DNA of 64,000 bases from an uncultured Clostridia bacterium (GCA_944381115.1 CALWJV010000006.1:15559-79558); one strand, 5' to 3'; shown: positions 20,424-30,831, counted from the first letter of the stretch. Notes: generated from the sequence alone by a model not told the origin. Translations and numbers: made by a program.

Positions 20424-20891
20424 TTACCGAAAAAGACCCATTTTGTTGAGTATGGCCTCCTGCTTTGCAAACATTTCATGTTCATCGTCAAGATCAGCCT
20501 CATGATCATAACCAAGAAGATGAAGTACAGAATGAACAGTAAGAAAAGCAATTTCACGTTCCAATGAATGCCCGTATTCCTCTGCCTGCGTCCTTGCATT
20601 TTCAAGCGATATGACTATATCGCCGAGAGCAGTTTTCTCTCCCTCTATTACCTCTATTTCCCCTGATTCATAAAGCGGAAAGGAAAGAACGTCCGTTTCT
20701 CTGTCAATGTTTCTGTACTTGCAGTTCAGCTTTTTTATTTCTTGGCTATCGACAAACGTTACAGAAAGTTCTGCTTCAAACGGTGTTTTTTCGTATTTCA
20801 GAGCCTGTTCGACCGCACGTCTGACGAGTCCGGAAATTGCCTTTGTTACCTCGACCTTATCCTGTTTGTTTTCAATGTAGATTTTATTCAT
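20424..20891 (-). CDS. ybeY: rRNA maturation endoribonuclease YbeY
   Basis: TDVLSFP, LGDIVIS, HSVLHLLGYDH. Confidence 0.96.
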   Translation of the reverse strand: MNKIYIENKQDKVEVTKAISGLVRRAVEQALKYEKTPFEAELSVTFVDSQEIKKLNCKYRNIDRETDVLSFPLYESGEIEVIEGEKTALGDIVISLENARTQAEEYGHSLEREIAFLTVHSVLHLLGYDHEADLDDEHEMFAKQEAILNKMGLFR

Positions 20892-21886
20892 TTGGCTTTA
20901 GTTTCCGAACTCCTTTTCTTTTTTTCGTCCTTTTTTTCATATGCCGCTATAATTGCTTTTACAAGTCTGTGTCTTACAACATCATTTTTTGTAAACCTAT
21001 GAACGGCTATATCTTCTATACCCGCAAGTATCTCAGATGCTTCTATAAGCCCGCTCGCAGTTCCTCTTGGAAGGTCTATCTGGGTTACATCACCGGTTAT
21101 AACTATCTTTGAACGGGTACCAAGTCTGGTTAAAAGCATCTTCATCTGCTCACGTGTCGTATTCTGCGCTTCATCAAGAATTATAAAAGCATCGTCAAGA
21201 GTACGTCCTCTCATATATGCAAGCGGGGCTATTTCAATCGTTCCGCGTTCAATGTGCCTTGCGTATACTTCTGGGCCCAGCATTTCAAAAAGCGCATCAT
21301 AAAGAGGACGCAGATACGGGTCAATTTTATTTTGAAGATCTCCGGGGAGAAACCCAAGTTTTTCACCTGCTTCAACTGCAGGACGCGTCAGAATTATTCT
21401 CGAGATCTCCCTTGCTCGAAGTGCCGTTACCGCCATGGCGACCGCAAGAAATGTTTTACCTGTTCCCGCCGGACCTATTCCGAATACTATCGTATTCTTT
21501 TTTATCAGTCCCACGTACTGTTGCTGACCGATCGTTTTTGGTTTTATAGGGTTTCCGTTAACCGTTACGCAAATGCAGTCCTCTCCGTATCCGAGAAGTT
21601 CTTCTTCTTTTTTTTCAATAACGGTATCCGCTACATATTCCACCGTTTGAAGCGAGAGCGTTCCCTGAAGCCTTACGGTCTTCATAAGTATGGTAAGAGC
21701 CTTTGCAGCACCTTCAACTTTTTCATCGTTTTCCCCGCTTATGATTATACAGTTTCCGCTTTCGTTTTCACGGTTGACACAGTCAACAGAAAACTTTTTT
21801 TCAATCATTTTCATATTTTCGTCAAGAGGTCCGAATAATGCGTTCAGATTTTCAGTACCTTCAGTCTTTATCTTTTTTTCTGCCAT
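20888..21886 (-). CDS. phoH: PhoH-family ATPase
   Basis: GPAGTGKTFLA, RPAVEAGEKLGFLPG, YMRGRTL, LDEAQN. Confidence 0.95.
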   Translation of the reverse strand: MAEKKIKTEGTENLNALFGPLDENMKMIEKKFSVDCVNRENESGNCIIISGENDEKVEGAAKALTILMKTVRLQGTLSLQTVEYVADTVIEKKEEELLGYGEDCICVTVNGNPIKPKTIGQQQYVGLIKKNTIVFGIGPAGTGKTFLAVAMAVTALRAREISRIILTRPAVEAGEKLGFLPGDLQNKIDPYLRPLYDALFEMLGPEVYARHIERGTIEIAPLAYMRGRTLDDAFIILDEAQNTTREQMKMLLTRLGTRSKIVITGDVTQIDLPRGTASGLIEASEILAGIEDIAVHRFTKNDVVRHRLVKAIIAAYEKKDEKKKRSSETKAK

Positions 21887-21980
21887 TATATTGCTTCCTT
21901 TGAGTTCAGATCCTTCGTTTTACTTTCTCAATATCCTGTTATTTTACGAAACCTCAAAACCGCTTCGCTTTAAATCAATT

Positions 21981-23168
21981 CTATTTTGTGAGACCCTTAC
22001 TCGGAACCGCTATCTCAACTATGCAGCCATACTGTGCACGCGCTGTCCATCCGGTCTCTGTTTCCGTATACTCGGTCTTTACAAATGTAAGTTCCCCGTC
22101 TCCGAGCGAATCTGTTATTTTTTTATAAAGTTGTCTTTCCGCTTCAATTCTTGCCTCTTCATTTTCTCTTGAAATCGATCTTGTGACTGTTTTTTGCTCA
22201 ACATACGTCTTTACCGTAATTGGAATTTCCAAAACACCGAAAAATGTCACGTTTTTCTCACTTTCCAAAACAGCGCCGTCCGTGCTTCCAAATAAAAAAT
22301 CGTGTCCGAAGACAGATATTATCTTCCCTTTATTTTCTCCTGGTTCACTGAAAGTAAACTTTTCACTGAAAGGGATCACAACTTCTTGAGTTCTGGTTAT
22401 CTCCGCTTTTACCGATCCGACTGCATTCTCAACTCTAAGCGGAGGAACGTCAGTTATCTGCATTCCGCTGCCTGAAATAAGCCCCGTAATAAGAACATCG
22501 CCTTTTTTCACGACTGTCCCTACTTTTACGACAGCGCTTCCTTCGTAAACAAGTATACTTTTTATTACCCCGCCTTCGGAAGCAACAAGCAAAGGACCGT
22601 TTTCCGTGACTTCGTCTGGCCTTGATTCTGTTTCTTTCAAATTAAGTATTACCGTAGTACCTTTGAAATTGAGCGCTGCCCAGGAAAGTTCCGGATGTTC
22701 TTTTAGAAAATAACTTGCTATCGTTTGACGGTCAATATCTGAAATTTTACTTCCAACTTTAACTCCCATTTCTGAAAGTTCTGCACTTATTTGCTCTTTT
22801 GAAATAAGTTCATTTCCGATTATGTCTATTCTCCAAACAAAAAGTGTTGATATCCAGAGAAGGGCAGCAAAAATGAAAAATCCGCACAAAAGTCCGTATC
22901 TTTTTCCGTATTTTGAGCAAATTCTTTTAAATCCATATATATTTATAATATATACCATTATATTTAATTTGTCAAGAGCGGGAGCGATTTTTTTCAGTAG
23001 CGACGGAGAAATTTCGGTATATATTCCTCCCTTTTCATTACAGGACGAAATTTTCGCACTTATTCCGTTATCAACAAAAAAACTTAGAAGAGCGTCTTTA
23101 TTACAGTCATCAGCATAAATTTTTACTCTTCCTTCAAAAAATTTTATGACTGAAGATAAGATTCCCAT
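21981..23168 (-). CDS. yqfD: Sporulation protein YqfD
   Basis: TM then VWRIDIIGN, LSWAALNFKGT, VKKGDVLITG; yqfC-yqfD-phoH synteny. Confidence 0.85.
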   Translation of the reverse strand: MGILSSVIKFFEGRVKIYADDCNKDALLSFFVDNGISAKISSCNEKGGIYTEISPSLLKKIAPALDKLNIMVYIINIYGFKRICSKYGKRYGLLCGFFIFAALLWISTLFVWRIDIIGNELISKEQISAELSEMGVKVGSKISDIDRQTIASYFLKEHPELSWAALNFKGTTVILNLKETESRPDEVTENGPLLVASEGGVIKSILVYEGSAVVKVGTVVKKGDVLITGLISGSGMQITDVPPLRVENAVGSVKAEITRTQEVVIPFSEKFTFSEPGENKGKIISVFGHDFLFGSTDGAVLESEKNVTFFGVLEIPITVKTYVEQKTVTRSISRENEEARIEAERQLYKKITDSLGDGELTFVKTEYTETETGWTARAQYGCIVEIAVPSKGLTK

Positions 23169-23256
23169 AACTTTTCTCCTTTTCCTCAGGTTTCTTACGC
23201 TTTTATTTTAAAATTATTTTTCAGTAAACCGCATAAATACTTTTAAGATTATTATT

Positions 23257-23532
23257 TTATTGTTCAATCTCGTCTGTAATTTTAAGCGCACTTATTTTTC
23301 CGGAAAGTTTTATTTCATTTCCGAAATATGTAGAAACGGTAATTCCTTCCCCGTTTATTTCCATAATTCCGTCAAACAGGCAAAGGCGCACCGTATCAGA
23401 GGTATAGTGCAGGACCTTTCGACAGCCGCATACTGTTATTTCCTTTGTCGATCTTAAAAAAGCACTGCTTTCCTTTTGAAAACACTTATTTTTTAAATTA
23501 ATTTTTTTTCTTTTCTTCCCGATATTCGCCAT
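23257..23532 (-). CDS. yqfC: YabP/YqfC-family sporulation protein
   Basis: Small beta-rich protein upstream of yqfD; ATG 23532 after GGAGG. Confidence 0.7.
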   Translation of the reverse strand: MANIGKKRKKINLKNKCFQKESSAFLRSTKEITVCGCRKVLHYTSDTVRLCLFDGIMEINGEGITVSTYFGNEIKLSGKISALKITDEIEQ

Positions 23533-23671
23533 AAATCCTCCCTTTGATCTGGCATATAAATATTTTGCCAGGCTCATAAGCATAAAAGCCGCTTGATATT
23601 TCGGTATTTTGTAAAAAATAAATGCATAAAATAAAAAGCAGACTTAAGATACTATATGCGGAGGTAAACCT

Positions 23672-24787
23672 TTGAATACATATATACAAAAAAATAATTC
23701 CGTTGCCGATAATAAAAAAAATCAGAAAAAAAATTTTTTTCCTATCGAAAACTTCAGTTTTACCGAAATAAAAAATAATGCGCTTCCTCGCAACAAAGAA
23801 AAAACACTGCAAAAAAAAAGGACTGCGGTCAAAATACTGCTGTTTTTTTCTGTTTTTTTGACTTCAGCATATCTTTTATTACACCCGTCCACCGCATTTA
23901 ATGCTGTTTTTGATGCGCTGCTGTTCTGTGTTAAAACACTTGTACCGGCACTTTTTCCGTTTATGATTGCCGGTGAAATAATTATTTTATCCGGATTCCC
24001 CATGATTTGCGAAAAAATATTCGGAAAACTTTTTTACCGTGTTTTCGGAATAAGCGGGAAAGGTGCTTCTGCATTTATTGTAGGAGCGTTTTGCGGATTT
24101 CCGGTAGGCGCAAAAACCGCCGTTTCGCTTTATGAGTCAGGCGAAATTGAAAAAAAAGATGCCGAAAAATTGTCGGGAATATGTAATAACGGAGGAATCG
24201 GATTTATAATTTCCGGAATCGGGGCAGGTATTTGGCAAAACCCCAAATTCGGAATTCTACTTTATCTATCACAAATACTTTCCGCCGTTATCACGGGTTT
24301 TTTTCTTTTTGGTATGAACAAAAAAGAAAAAAGCGTTCCCCTACGCTCCGACGCTAAAGATACCTCCGAAAAAAATTTTAACCTTTCCGAGGTGCTTTCA
24401 AAAGCAATTTCAACTTCGGTTTTATCAATACTCAAAGTTATAGGATTTGTCGTATTTTTTGAACTTATCCTCACCGTTTTATCAGAAATACTACTTCTTG
24501 CAGGTGCAAATTCATACATAGTAAGTCTTATTTGCACGGTAACGGAAATAAGTTCCGGCGCAAAATCACTGCATAATCTTTCATTTTTAAATCCGTTTTC
24601 ATCAAATATGGCAAAAATACTGACCTTTTCTCTTTGTGCATGGGGTGGATTTTCGGTTTTTATGCAATTCTGTGCTTTTGCTTATCCATCCGGAATAGGC
24701 ACAAAAAAATATTTGAAATCAAAATTTGTACAGTCAATTGTTTGCACACTGATCGGAACAGTTCTTGTACTTTTAAAAGTGGTTTAA
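23672..24787 (+). CDS. ylbJ: Sporulation integral membrane protein YlbJ-like (nucleoside recognition gate family)
   Basis: VPALFPFMI, GAFCGFPVGA, EISSG, WGGFSV; TTG start after GGAGG. Confidence 0.8.
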   Translation: MNTYIQKNNSVADNKKNQKKNFFPIENFSFTEIKNNALPRNKEKTLQKKRTAVKILLFFSVFLTSAYLLLHPSTAFNAVFDALLFCVKTLVPALFPFMIAGEIIILSGFPMICEKIFGKLFYRVFGISGKGASAFIVGAFCGFPVGAKTAVSLYESGEIEKKDAEKLSGICNNGGIGFIISGIGAGIWQNPKFGILLYLSQILSAVITGFFLFGMNKKEKSVPLRSDAKDTSEKNFNLSEVLSKAISTSVLSILKVIGFVVFFELILTVLSEILLLAGANSYIVSLICTVTEISSGAKSLHNLSFLNPFSSNMAKILTFSLCAWGGFSVFMQFCAFAYPSGIGTKKYLKSKFVQSIVCTLIGTVLVLLKVV

Positions 24788-24874
24788 TATACAATTAAAT
24801 TTGACCTGCATATAATGTAATAGAGAATGCAAATTCTGTATTCTCCATTAACCCAAAGAAGGGAAACAGCAAAA

Positions 24875-25093
24875 ATGAATACCGAGATCACCATAGTACT
24901 GCGTTCGCTTACTCACGCAGTGAAGGGTCAAAAACTGCTTCTAACAAGCGGAATTCACTGTAAAATAATAAGACTTTCCGATCTTGATGAGGGATGCGGA
25001 TACGGGATTTCAGTTTCGGCCCCATTAGCCGATGCCGCAGCGAAAATACTGAAAAGCAACCGTATTCCGGTAATAAAAATCATGCGCGGCTGA
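24875..25093 (+). CDS. DUF3343-like small protein (putative S/Se carrier)
   Basis: SLTHAVKGQKLL...GCGYGI pattern; immediately upstream of a cysteine desulfurase. Confidence 0.7.
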   Translation: MNTEITIVLRSLTHAVKGQKLLLTSGIHCKIIRLSDLDEGCGYGISVSAPLADAAAKILKSNRIPVIKIMRG

Positions 25094-25113
25094 TCTTTTC
25101 TGCTGAAAACATT

Positions 25114-26262
25114 ATGGAACGTATAATTTATCTAGACAATGCGGCTACAACTTTTCCGAAACCTTCTGAAGTAATAAGTGAGGTTACGAGTACACTTCGT
25201 TCCGGATGCGGAAATCCGGGCCGCTCTTCTCATCGACTTTCACTTGCTGCTGCAAATACCGTATATAAGTGCCGAAGCAGGATCGTTTCTCTTTTCGGCG
25301 GCAAAGAAGATAATGTTGTATTTACTGTAAACGCCACAGGTGCTTTAAATCTTGCCATCAAAACAACGCTCCGAAAAGGAGACCATGTGCTGATCTCCGA
25401 TATAGAACACAATTCTGTACTGCGTCCCGTTCATTCACTTAAAGAAAAGGGACTTATAAGTTATGACATCTATACGGCTTTTGAAGATCCGGATAGACAG
25501 ATCAGTGAGTTAAAGAAAAAAATTAAGCCGAATACGGCTATGATATGTGCCTGCCACCATTCCAACATTTGTAATCTTACTCTTCCCATAAAAGAAATAG
25601 GCGCATTTTGCCGAAAAAGTGGGATAATTTTTCTCGTTGATGCTTCACAAAGCGCCGGAATACTTCCTATAAATACAGAAAATTTTTATATTGATCTTTT
25701 GTGTGCTCCCGGACACAAAGGACTTTACGGTCCTCCCGGAGCAGGTTTTGTTATTTTCGGCGAACGTTTTGACGAGCAACTTACCGATACTTTTTGTGAA
25801 GGCGGAAACGGCGTGCGTTCACTTTCTCCGTTAATGCCTGATTTTCTTCCGGACCGTCTTGAAGCCGGAACTCTTCCGCTTATACCGATCTCCGGACTTT
25901 CAAAAGGAATAGATTTTATAAATAAATTTTCTCCCGGTACAATTTTTGAAAAAGAAAAGCGGCTCTGCACTTTAATGAGAGACCGCCTTGCCGGTTCGAA
26001 CAAAATAAGATTCTACGATCAAAAGGCAGGCAGTATACTTCTGTTTTCTGTTTCAGGGCTAGTCTCTGAAAAAGTTGCCGCCTATCTTGATGAACAAGGA
26101 ATATGCGTAAGAGCAGGGTTTCATTGTTCACCGCTTGCGCACAGAAAACTCGGAACTCCGGAAAACGACGGTGCTGTAAGAGTAAGTTTCGGCGCATTCA
26201 ATACAGAAAGAGACGTAAACGACTTTTGCTTTTATATGGAAAGATTTATCAAAAAAATTTGA
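25114..26262 (+). CDS. Class V PLP enzyme, cysteine desulfurase family
   Basis: YLDNAATTFPKP, EHNSV, DASQ, PGHKGLYGP (PLP Lys), RAGFHC (catalytic Cys). Confidence 0.92.
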   Translation: MERIIYLDNAATTFPKPSEVISEVTSTLRSGCGNPGRSSHRLSLAAANTVYKCRSRIVSLFGGKEDNVVFTVNATGALNLAIKTTLRKGDHVLISDIEHNSVLRPVHSLKEKGLISYDIYTAFEDPDRQISELKKKIKPNTAMICACHHSNICNLTLPIKEIGAFCRKSGIIFLVDASQSAGILPINTENFYIDLLCAPGHKGLYGPPGAGFVIFGERFDEQLTDTFCEGGNGVRSLSPLMPDFLPDRLEAGTLPLIPISGLSKGIDFINKFSPGTIFEKEKRLCTLMRDRLAGSNKIRFYDQKAGSILLFSVSGLVSEKVAAYLDEQGICVRAGFHCSPLAHRKLGTPENDGAVRVSFGAFNTERDVNDFCFYMERFIKKI

Positions 26263-26312
26263 TACCGTGAAAACTCATTCTGTTTTGTTCCAAAATAATA
26301 GTCGTATTAATT

Positions 26313-26350
26313 AAAAAAAATGCCGTCTTTCGGGACGGCATTTATTTTTT
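26313..26350. terminator. Bidirectional Rho-independent terminator
   Basis: AAATGCCGTCT-TTCG-GGACGGCATTT flanked by A and T tracts between convergent genes. Confidence 0.8.
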
Positions 26351-26353
26351 AAT

Positions 26354-26695
26354 TCAGATAAGTTCTTTAACTTTAGAGCTCTTGCCGACTCTGCTACGCA
26401 GATAGTTGAGTTTTGCACGTCTGACCTTACCTTTTCTTACTACCTCAACTTTAGCAATGTTGGGGGAGTGTACGGGGAATATTTTTTCAACACCAACGCC
26501 GTAAGAAATTTTTCTTACGGTAAATGTTTCGGAAACTCCGCCGCCCTTTTTTGCAATTACAGTGCCCTCGAAAATCTGAATTCTTTCGCTTGCTCCGTCT
26601 TTGATCTTACAGTGAACTTTGACTGTTTCACCAATGTTTACAACAGGGGCATTTTCATTTAATTGCTCATTTGTAAAAGCCTGAATCAAATCCAT
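26354..26695 (-). CDS. rplS: 50S ribosomal protein L19
   Basis: [36 protein letters not shown]. Confidence 0.98.
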   Translation of the reverse strand: MDLIQAFTNEQLNENAPVVNIGETVKVHCKIKDGASERIQIFEGTVIAKKGGGVSETFTVRKISYGVGVEKIFPVHSPNIAKVEVVRKGKVRRAKLNYLRSRVGKSSKVKELI

Positions 26696-26717
26696 GTTGG
26701 CTTCCTCCTTACATCTT

Positions 26718-26751
26718 AGACGTTCATGCAGAGCCTCGCAGCGGACCGTCC
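26718..26751 (-). ncRNA. Ribosomal protein L19 leader (cis-regulatory)
   Basis: GGACGGUCCGCUGCG-AGGCUC-UGCAUGAACGUCU hairpin with CCGCU internal loop directly upstream of the rplS RBS; matches recalled L19_leader pattern. Confidence 0.75.
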
Positions 26752-26769
26752 GTATTTTATATTAAGTGT

Positions 26770-26798
26770 ATTATATCATACAAATTTGTTTTTTTCAA
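26770..26798 (-). promoter_or_regulatory. Sigma-A promoter of rplS
   Basis: Minus strand TTGAAA-17 bp-TATAAT with TG extension. Confidence 0.65.
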
Positions 26799-26932
26799 CC
26801 CTTTCACAAAAAATTTACATTTTTCTTAAATCTTGAGCAAGTAAAAATATGTTTACGGATATTTACTGATCTTGACATGTAAAGCCGCAAAAAAATATTT
26901 TTACTTATATTGTTAAAAATTTCGGAAAACTA

Positions 26933-26961
26933 TTGATATAAAACTATTATCGTGTTATAAT
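26933..26961 (+). promoter_or_regulatory. Sigma-A promoter of apgM
   Basis: TTGATA-17 bp-TATAAT with TG extension. Confidence 0.65.
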
Positions 26962-27004
26962 ATTTTTAATTTTAATTTAACCTAAAGAAAGATGAACTAT
27001 AAAA

Positions 27005-28225
27005 ATGAAATATTTTGTCTTACTCTGCGACGGTGCAGCAGACTATCCTATTGAAACCTTAAACGGTGGCACCCCTCTTTCAACGGCAAAAAAACCAACC
27101 ATGGATGCATTGGCAAAAAAATCATTTGCAGGAACTGTATCAAATGTGCCAAACGGCATGGTCCCGGAATCGGATACCGCCAACCTCGCCGTTCTTTCAT
27201 ATAACCCTGGAATATACTCAAAAGGACGTTCCCCACTTGAGGCCATGTCCCTCGGAATTGATATGAAACCAAATGATACAGCATACCGTTGTAATGTAGT
27301 TACGATCGGCAATCCGGGTGAAACAGAAGTTCCTTATGAAGAAAAAATCATGGTGGATCACGGCGCCGACGAGATCACAACAGCCGAGGCTGACGAACTT
27401 ATCAAATCACTTCAGGCTGAAATGGGAGATGAGCATAAACATTTTTATACCGGAGTCAGTTACAGGCACTGCCTCATCTGGAATAACGCTCCTGAATTCA
27501 GAGATTTTATGCGTCCTCACGACATACTGGGTCAGAAAATAACTCGGTATCTTCCAGGTGAGCCATTTCTTTCCATTCAGAAAAAAAGTTACGAAATACT
27601 TAAAGACCACCCTGTAAATCTTAACAGAATAAAAAGAGGTATTCGCCCGGCAAACTCCGCCTGGTTCTGGTCACCGGGGAAAAAACCGGCACTTCCCTCT
27701 TTCAAAGAAAAATGGAACCTTGATGCTTCGGTAATTTCAGCAGTTGACCTTATAAAAGGTATTGCAATTTGCGCAGGTATACATTCAGTCAATGTAAAAG
27801 GTGCAACAGGAAACATAAACACAAATTTTAAAGGAAAGGGGGAAGCGGCAATAAATGAATTCAGAAACGGTAAAGAATTTGTATACGTTCATGTCGAAGC
27901 CCCAGATGAGTGCGGACACCGTGCAGAACTTGATAACAAAATACTTTCCATAGAAAAAATAGATACTGAAATTTTAAAGCCGGTATATGAGTATTTGCAG
28001 ACATGTAAGGAAGATTTTAAAATAATGGTCCTTCCCGATCATCCTACCCCTATATGTAAACGTACTCATACAATGGACCCCGTTCCGTTTATTATTTATG
28101 ACAGCAGAAATGAACGCAACGGTATTGTGTCATTTAATGAAGAAAATGCCAAAGCCACCGGAATTTATCTCTCACGGGGAGAAAATCTTATGAATCTTCT
28201 TGTTAACGGAAAAATATCCGGATAA
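27005..28225 (+). CDS. apgM: Cofactor-independent phosphoglycerate mutase, ApgM (archaeal-type) family
   Basis: DGAAD, SDTANL, GRSPLEA, HVEAPDECGH, PDHPTP, H-T-x-D-P-V-P metalloenzyme motifs. Confidence 0.85.
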   Translation: MKYFVLLCDGAADYPIETLNGGTPLSTAKKPTMDALAKKSFAGTVSNVPNGMVPESDTANLAVLSYNPGIYSKGRSPLEAMSLGIDMKPNDTAYRCNVVTIGNPGETEVPYEEKIMVDHGADEITTAEADELIKSLQAEMGDEHKHFYTGVSYRHCLIWNNAPEFRDFMRPHDILGQKITRYLPGEPFLSIQKKSYEILKDHPVNLNRIKRGIRPANSAWFWSPGKKPALPSFKEKWNLDASVISAVDLIKGIAICAGIHSVNVKGATGNINTNFKGKGEAAINEFRNGKEFVYVHVEAPDECGHRAELDNKILSIEKIDTEILKPVYEYLQTCKEDFKIMVLPDHPTPICKRTHTMDPVPFIIYDSRNERNGIVSFNEENAKATGIYLSRGENLMNLLVNGKISG

Positions 28226-28361
28226 ATTCCTTTTTAATACTTTTGATAAATTTTTTTAAAAATCTGCTCCAAATTGTTTTAATCTCTTAAATAAATTTTT
28301 TGGTAATTAAAATTTTTCAGCCACAAATTTTATTATTATATCACGGCAGAACGGAATAAAA

Positions 28362-28943
28362 ATGGATAATAACTTGGAAAAAATTCCAGATACAGGTGAA
28401 AAAAAAGTACCTGACAAATTCAGCAGAATTTTTGAATGGATTGAACTTTTTACACTTTATTTTTCAATAGGACTGATAATATTGCTCCTGTTTTTCAAGC
28501 ACAGTCCTGTTGTCGGAATATCTATGAACCCGACACTTAATAACGGAGATATTTTGATTGTATCAACATTTAATTATACCCCTAAATCCGGGGATATAAT
28601 CGTATGTCAATCGGAAAAATACGGACTGGATACTCCACTTGTAAAACGCATAATCGCAACAGAAGGACAGACTGTCACGATAGATTATGAAAATTGGTCG
28701 GTTACCGTTGACGGAATAAAACTTGATGAAGACTATGTAAATTTCACCGGCGGAATTATGAAACCTTCAAATTATCTTGACGGTACTTTTACAGTACCGG
28801 AAAATCACGTTTTTGTAATGGGAGACAACCGAAACGCTTCAACTGACAGCCGGGATTCACATGTCGGCTTTATTGACGAGCGTTATATTCTCGGAAAAGT
28901 CAGTTTAAAACTTTTACCATTATCGGATTTTAAAAAATTTTGA
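28362..28943 (+). CDS. lepB: Signal peptidase I
   Basis: SMNPTL (Ser), VKRII (Lys), GDNRNASTDSR. Confidence 0.95.
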   Translation: MDNNLEKIPDTGEKKVPDKFSRIFEWIELFTLYFSIGLIILLLFFKHSPVVGISMNPTLNNGDILIVSTFNYTPKSGDIIVCQSEKYGLDTPLVKRIIATEGQTVTIDYENWSVTVDGIKLDEDYVNFTGGIMKPSNYLDGTFTVPENHVFVMGDNRNASTDSRDSHVGFIDERYILGKVSLKLLPLSDFKKF

Positions 28944-29122
28944 TATTTGGTTTTTGAAAATCCTGTAAAATTTTCTCGTTTTATCGGTAAATGAACAGAG
29001 TCTCGCTTTTAAAGATTACAAGTAATTTACCGGAAAATTATTTTAAAAATAATCCGGTCAAATTTTTGTTTTTATATAAAAATTAAAATGTGTAAACAGA
29101 CAACTTTGCAAGGAGATAAAAA

Positions 29123-29989
29123 ATGCAATCAAAACAAATACAGTGGTTTCCCGGACACATGGCAAAAACCAAAAGACTTATAAAAGAAAGCCTTCCTTTA
29201 GTGGATTTTGTGATTGAAATACTGGATGCAAGAATACCTTATTCCTCTCACAATCCGGATATAGAAAAGCTTTCCGAAAATAAGCCTCGCATAATACTGC
29301 TGAACAAAGCCTCACTTGCATCTCCTTCGGTAAACCGTCAGTGGAAAACATATTACAAAAAAATAAATACCGACTGTATCTTTACAGATTGCAATACGGG
29401 AGAAGGATTTGGAGAAATAATGCCTGCAATAAATACGCTGCTTGCTGATAAACTTGTAAGATACAGCGAAAAAGGTATGTCAGGAAAAGCACTTAAAGCA
29501 CTGGTCGTCGGAATACCGAATTCAGGAAAAAGTACTTTTATAAATCGTATGGCAGGATCCGTAAAAGCAAAAGCCGAAAACCGTCCCGGAGTAACCAAGG
29601 ACAAACAATGGGTCCAGACGAAACACGGACTTTACCTCCTTGATACCCCAGGTGTACTTTGGCCCAAATTCGATGACAGATCTGTAGGCGAATGTCTCGC
29701 AATTACCGGAGCAATAAGAGACGGGGTTCTTGACGTTGAAGAGATCGCCTGTCTGCTTATTGCAATGCTACGTAAAATCGCACCTGATATTTTTTGTCAG
29801 CGTTATAAAATAAGCAATGAAAATATATCGGAAAAATATTCTGATTATGATATTTTAACAGAAATAGGTAAAAAAAGAGGATTTCTTATCGGCGGAGGTG
29901 AAATTAATACAGAAAGAACTGCATTAATGCTCCTTGATGAATTCCGTAACGGCAAGATAGGAAGAATTTCTCTTGAATTTCCGGGTTAG
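29123..29989 (+). CDS. rbgA: Ribosome biogenesis GTPase RbgA/YlqF
   Basis: IQWFPGHMAK, DARIP, GIPNSGKST, DTPGVLWPK. Confidence 0.96.
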   Translation: MQSKQIQWFPGHMAKTKRLIKESLPLVDFVIEILDARIPYSSHNPDIEKLSENKPRIILLNKASLASPSVNRQWKTYYKKINTDCIFTDCNTGEGFGEIMPAINTLLADKLVRYSEKGMSGKALKALVVGIPNSGKSTFINRMAGSVKAKAENRPGVTKDKQWVQTKHGLYLLDTPGVLWPKFDDRSVGECLAITGAIRDGVLDVEEIACLLIAMLRKIAPDIFCQRYKISNENISEKYSDYDILTEIGKKRGFLIGGGEINTERTALMLLDEFRNGKIGRISLEFPG

Positions 29990-30201
29990 CCGATATATCT
30001 TAAAAAATCTTTTGAATTAAAATGATAATTGCATGTATGGGAATACTTTTTATATAAGGAACAGAAAATCGATCAATATAAATTTTTAAATATTCAGGTT
30101 ACTGAAAATTCAAAAAATCTTTATTTAACTCAAATTTATAAATACAGATAGATAAAAACCGATATTAAAGTGTGATATAAAATCAATAAAGGCGGTAAGA
30201 T

Positions 30202-30831
30202 ATGGCTGAAAGAATTATTTCCACCATAACTTGGGATATCGAAGAAGAATATTTTGCAAAAGGATTTAAGGTAATTTGCGGTACAGACGAAGCAGGCAGA
30301 GGACCTCTTTGCGGGCCGGTTGCCGCGGCTGCATGCATTCTACCCAGAGGATTTATTCTTCCGGGGCTCAACGATTCCAAAAAATTATCAGAAAAAAAAC
30401 GTGAAGAACTTTTTGAAATAATAAAAAATAATGCGGTATCTTACGCAGTGGAACTTGTTTCAAACGAAATTATTGATAAAATAAATATTCTTAATGCGTC
30501 TCAACTTGCAATGCGAAAATCCATAGAAAAACTCACCACTGCACCTGACCTTGCTTTAGTGGACGGAAATATTGCAAGAGACTTTCCATGTAATGCTGTA
30601 ACAATAATAAAAGGCGATGCAAAATCTCCAAACATCGCCGCAGCGTCGATACTTGCGAAGGTAACCCGTGACCGCATTTGCATCGAACTTGATAAAAAAT
30701 ATCCGGAATACAACATTGCGAAACACAAAGGATATCCGACAAAAGAACATATGAATGCCGTAAGAAAATACGGTCCGTCCCCTATACACAGAATTTCATT
30801 TCTCGGTTTTTTAAATAAAAATGAAAAATAA
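30202..30831 (+). CDS. rnhB: Ribonuclease HII
   Basis: DEAGRGPLCGPV, DSKKL, KGD, AAASILAKVTRD, HKGYPT. Confidence 0.97.
   Translation: MAERIISTITWDIEEEYFAKGFKVICGTDEAGRGPLCGPVAAAACILPRGFILPGLNDSKKLSEKKREELFEIIKNNAVSYAVELVSNEIIDKINILNASQLAMRKSIEKLTTAPDLALVDGNIARDFPCNAVTIIKGDAKSPNIAAASILAKVTRDRICIELDKKYPEYNIAKHKGYPTKEHMNAVRKYGPSPIHRISFLGFLNKNEK

Noticed and set aside
24994-25113. Upstream extension of the cysteine desulfurase ORF
   Set aside because: Overlaps the DUF3343-like gene; family homology begins at MERIIYLDNAATT (25114)
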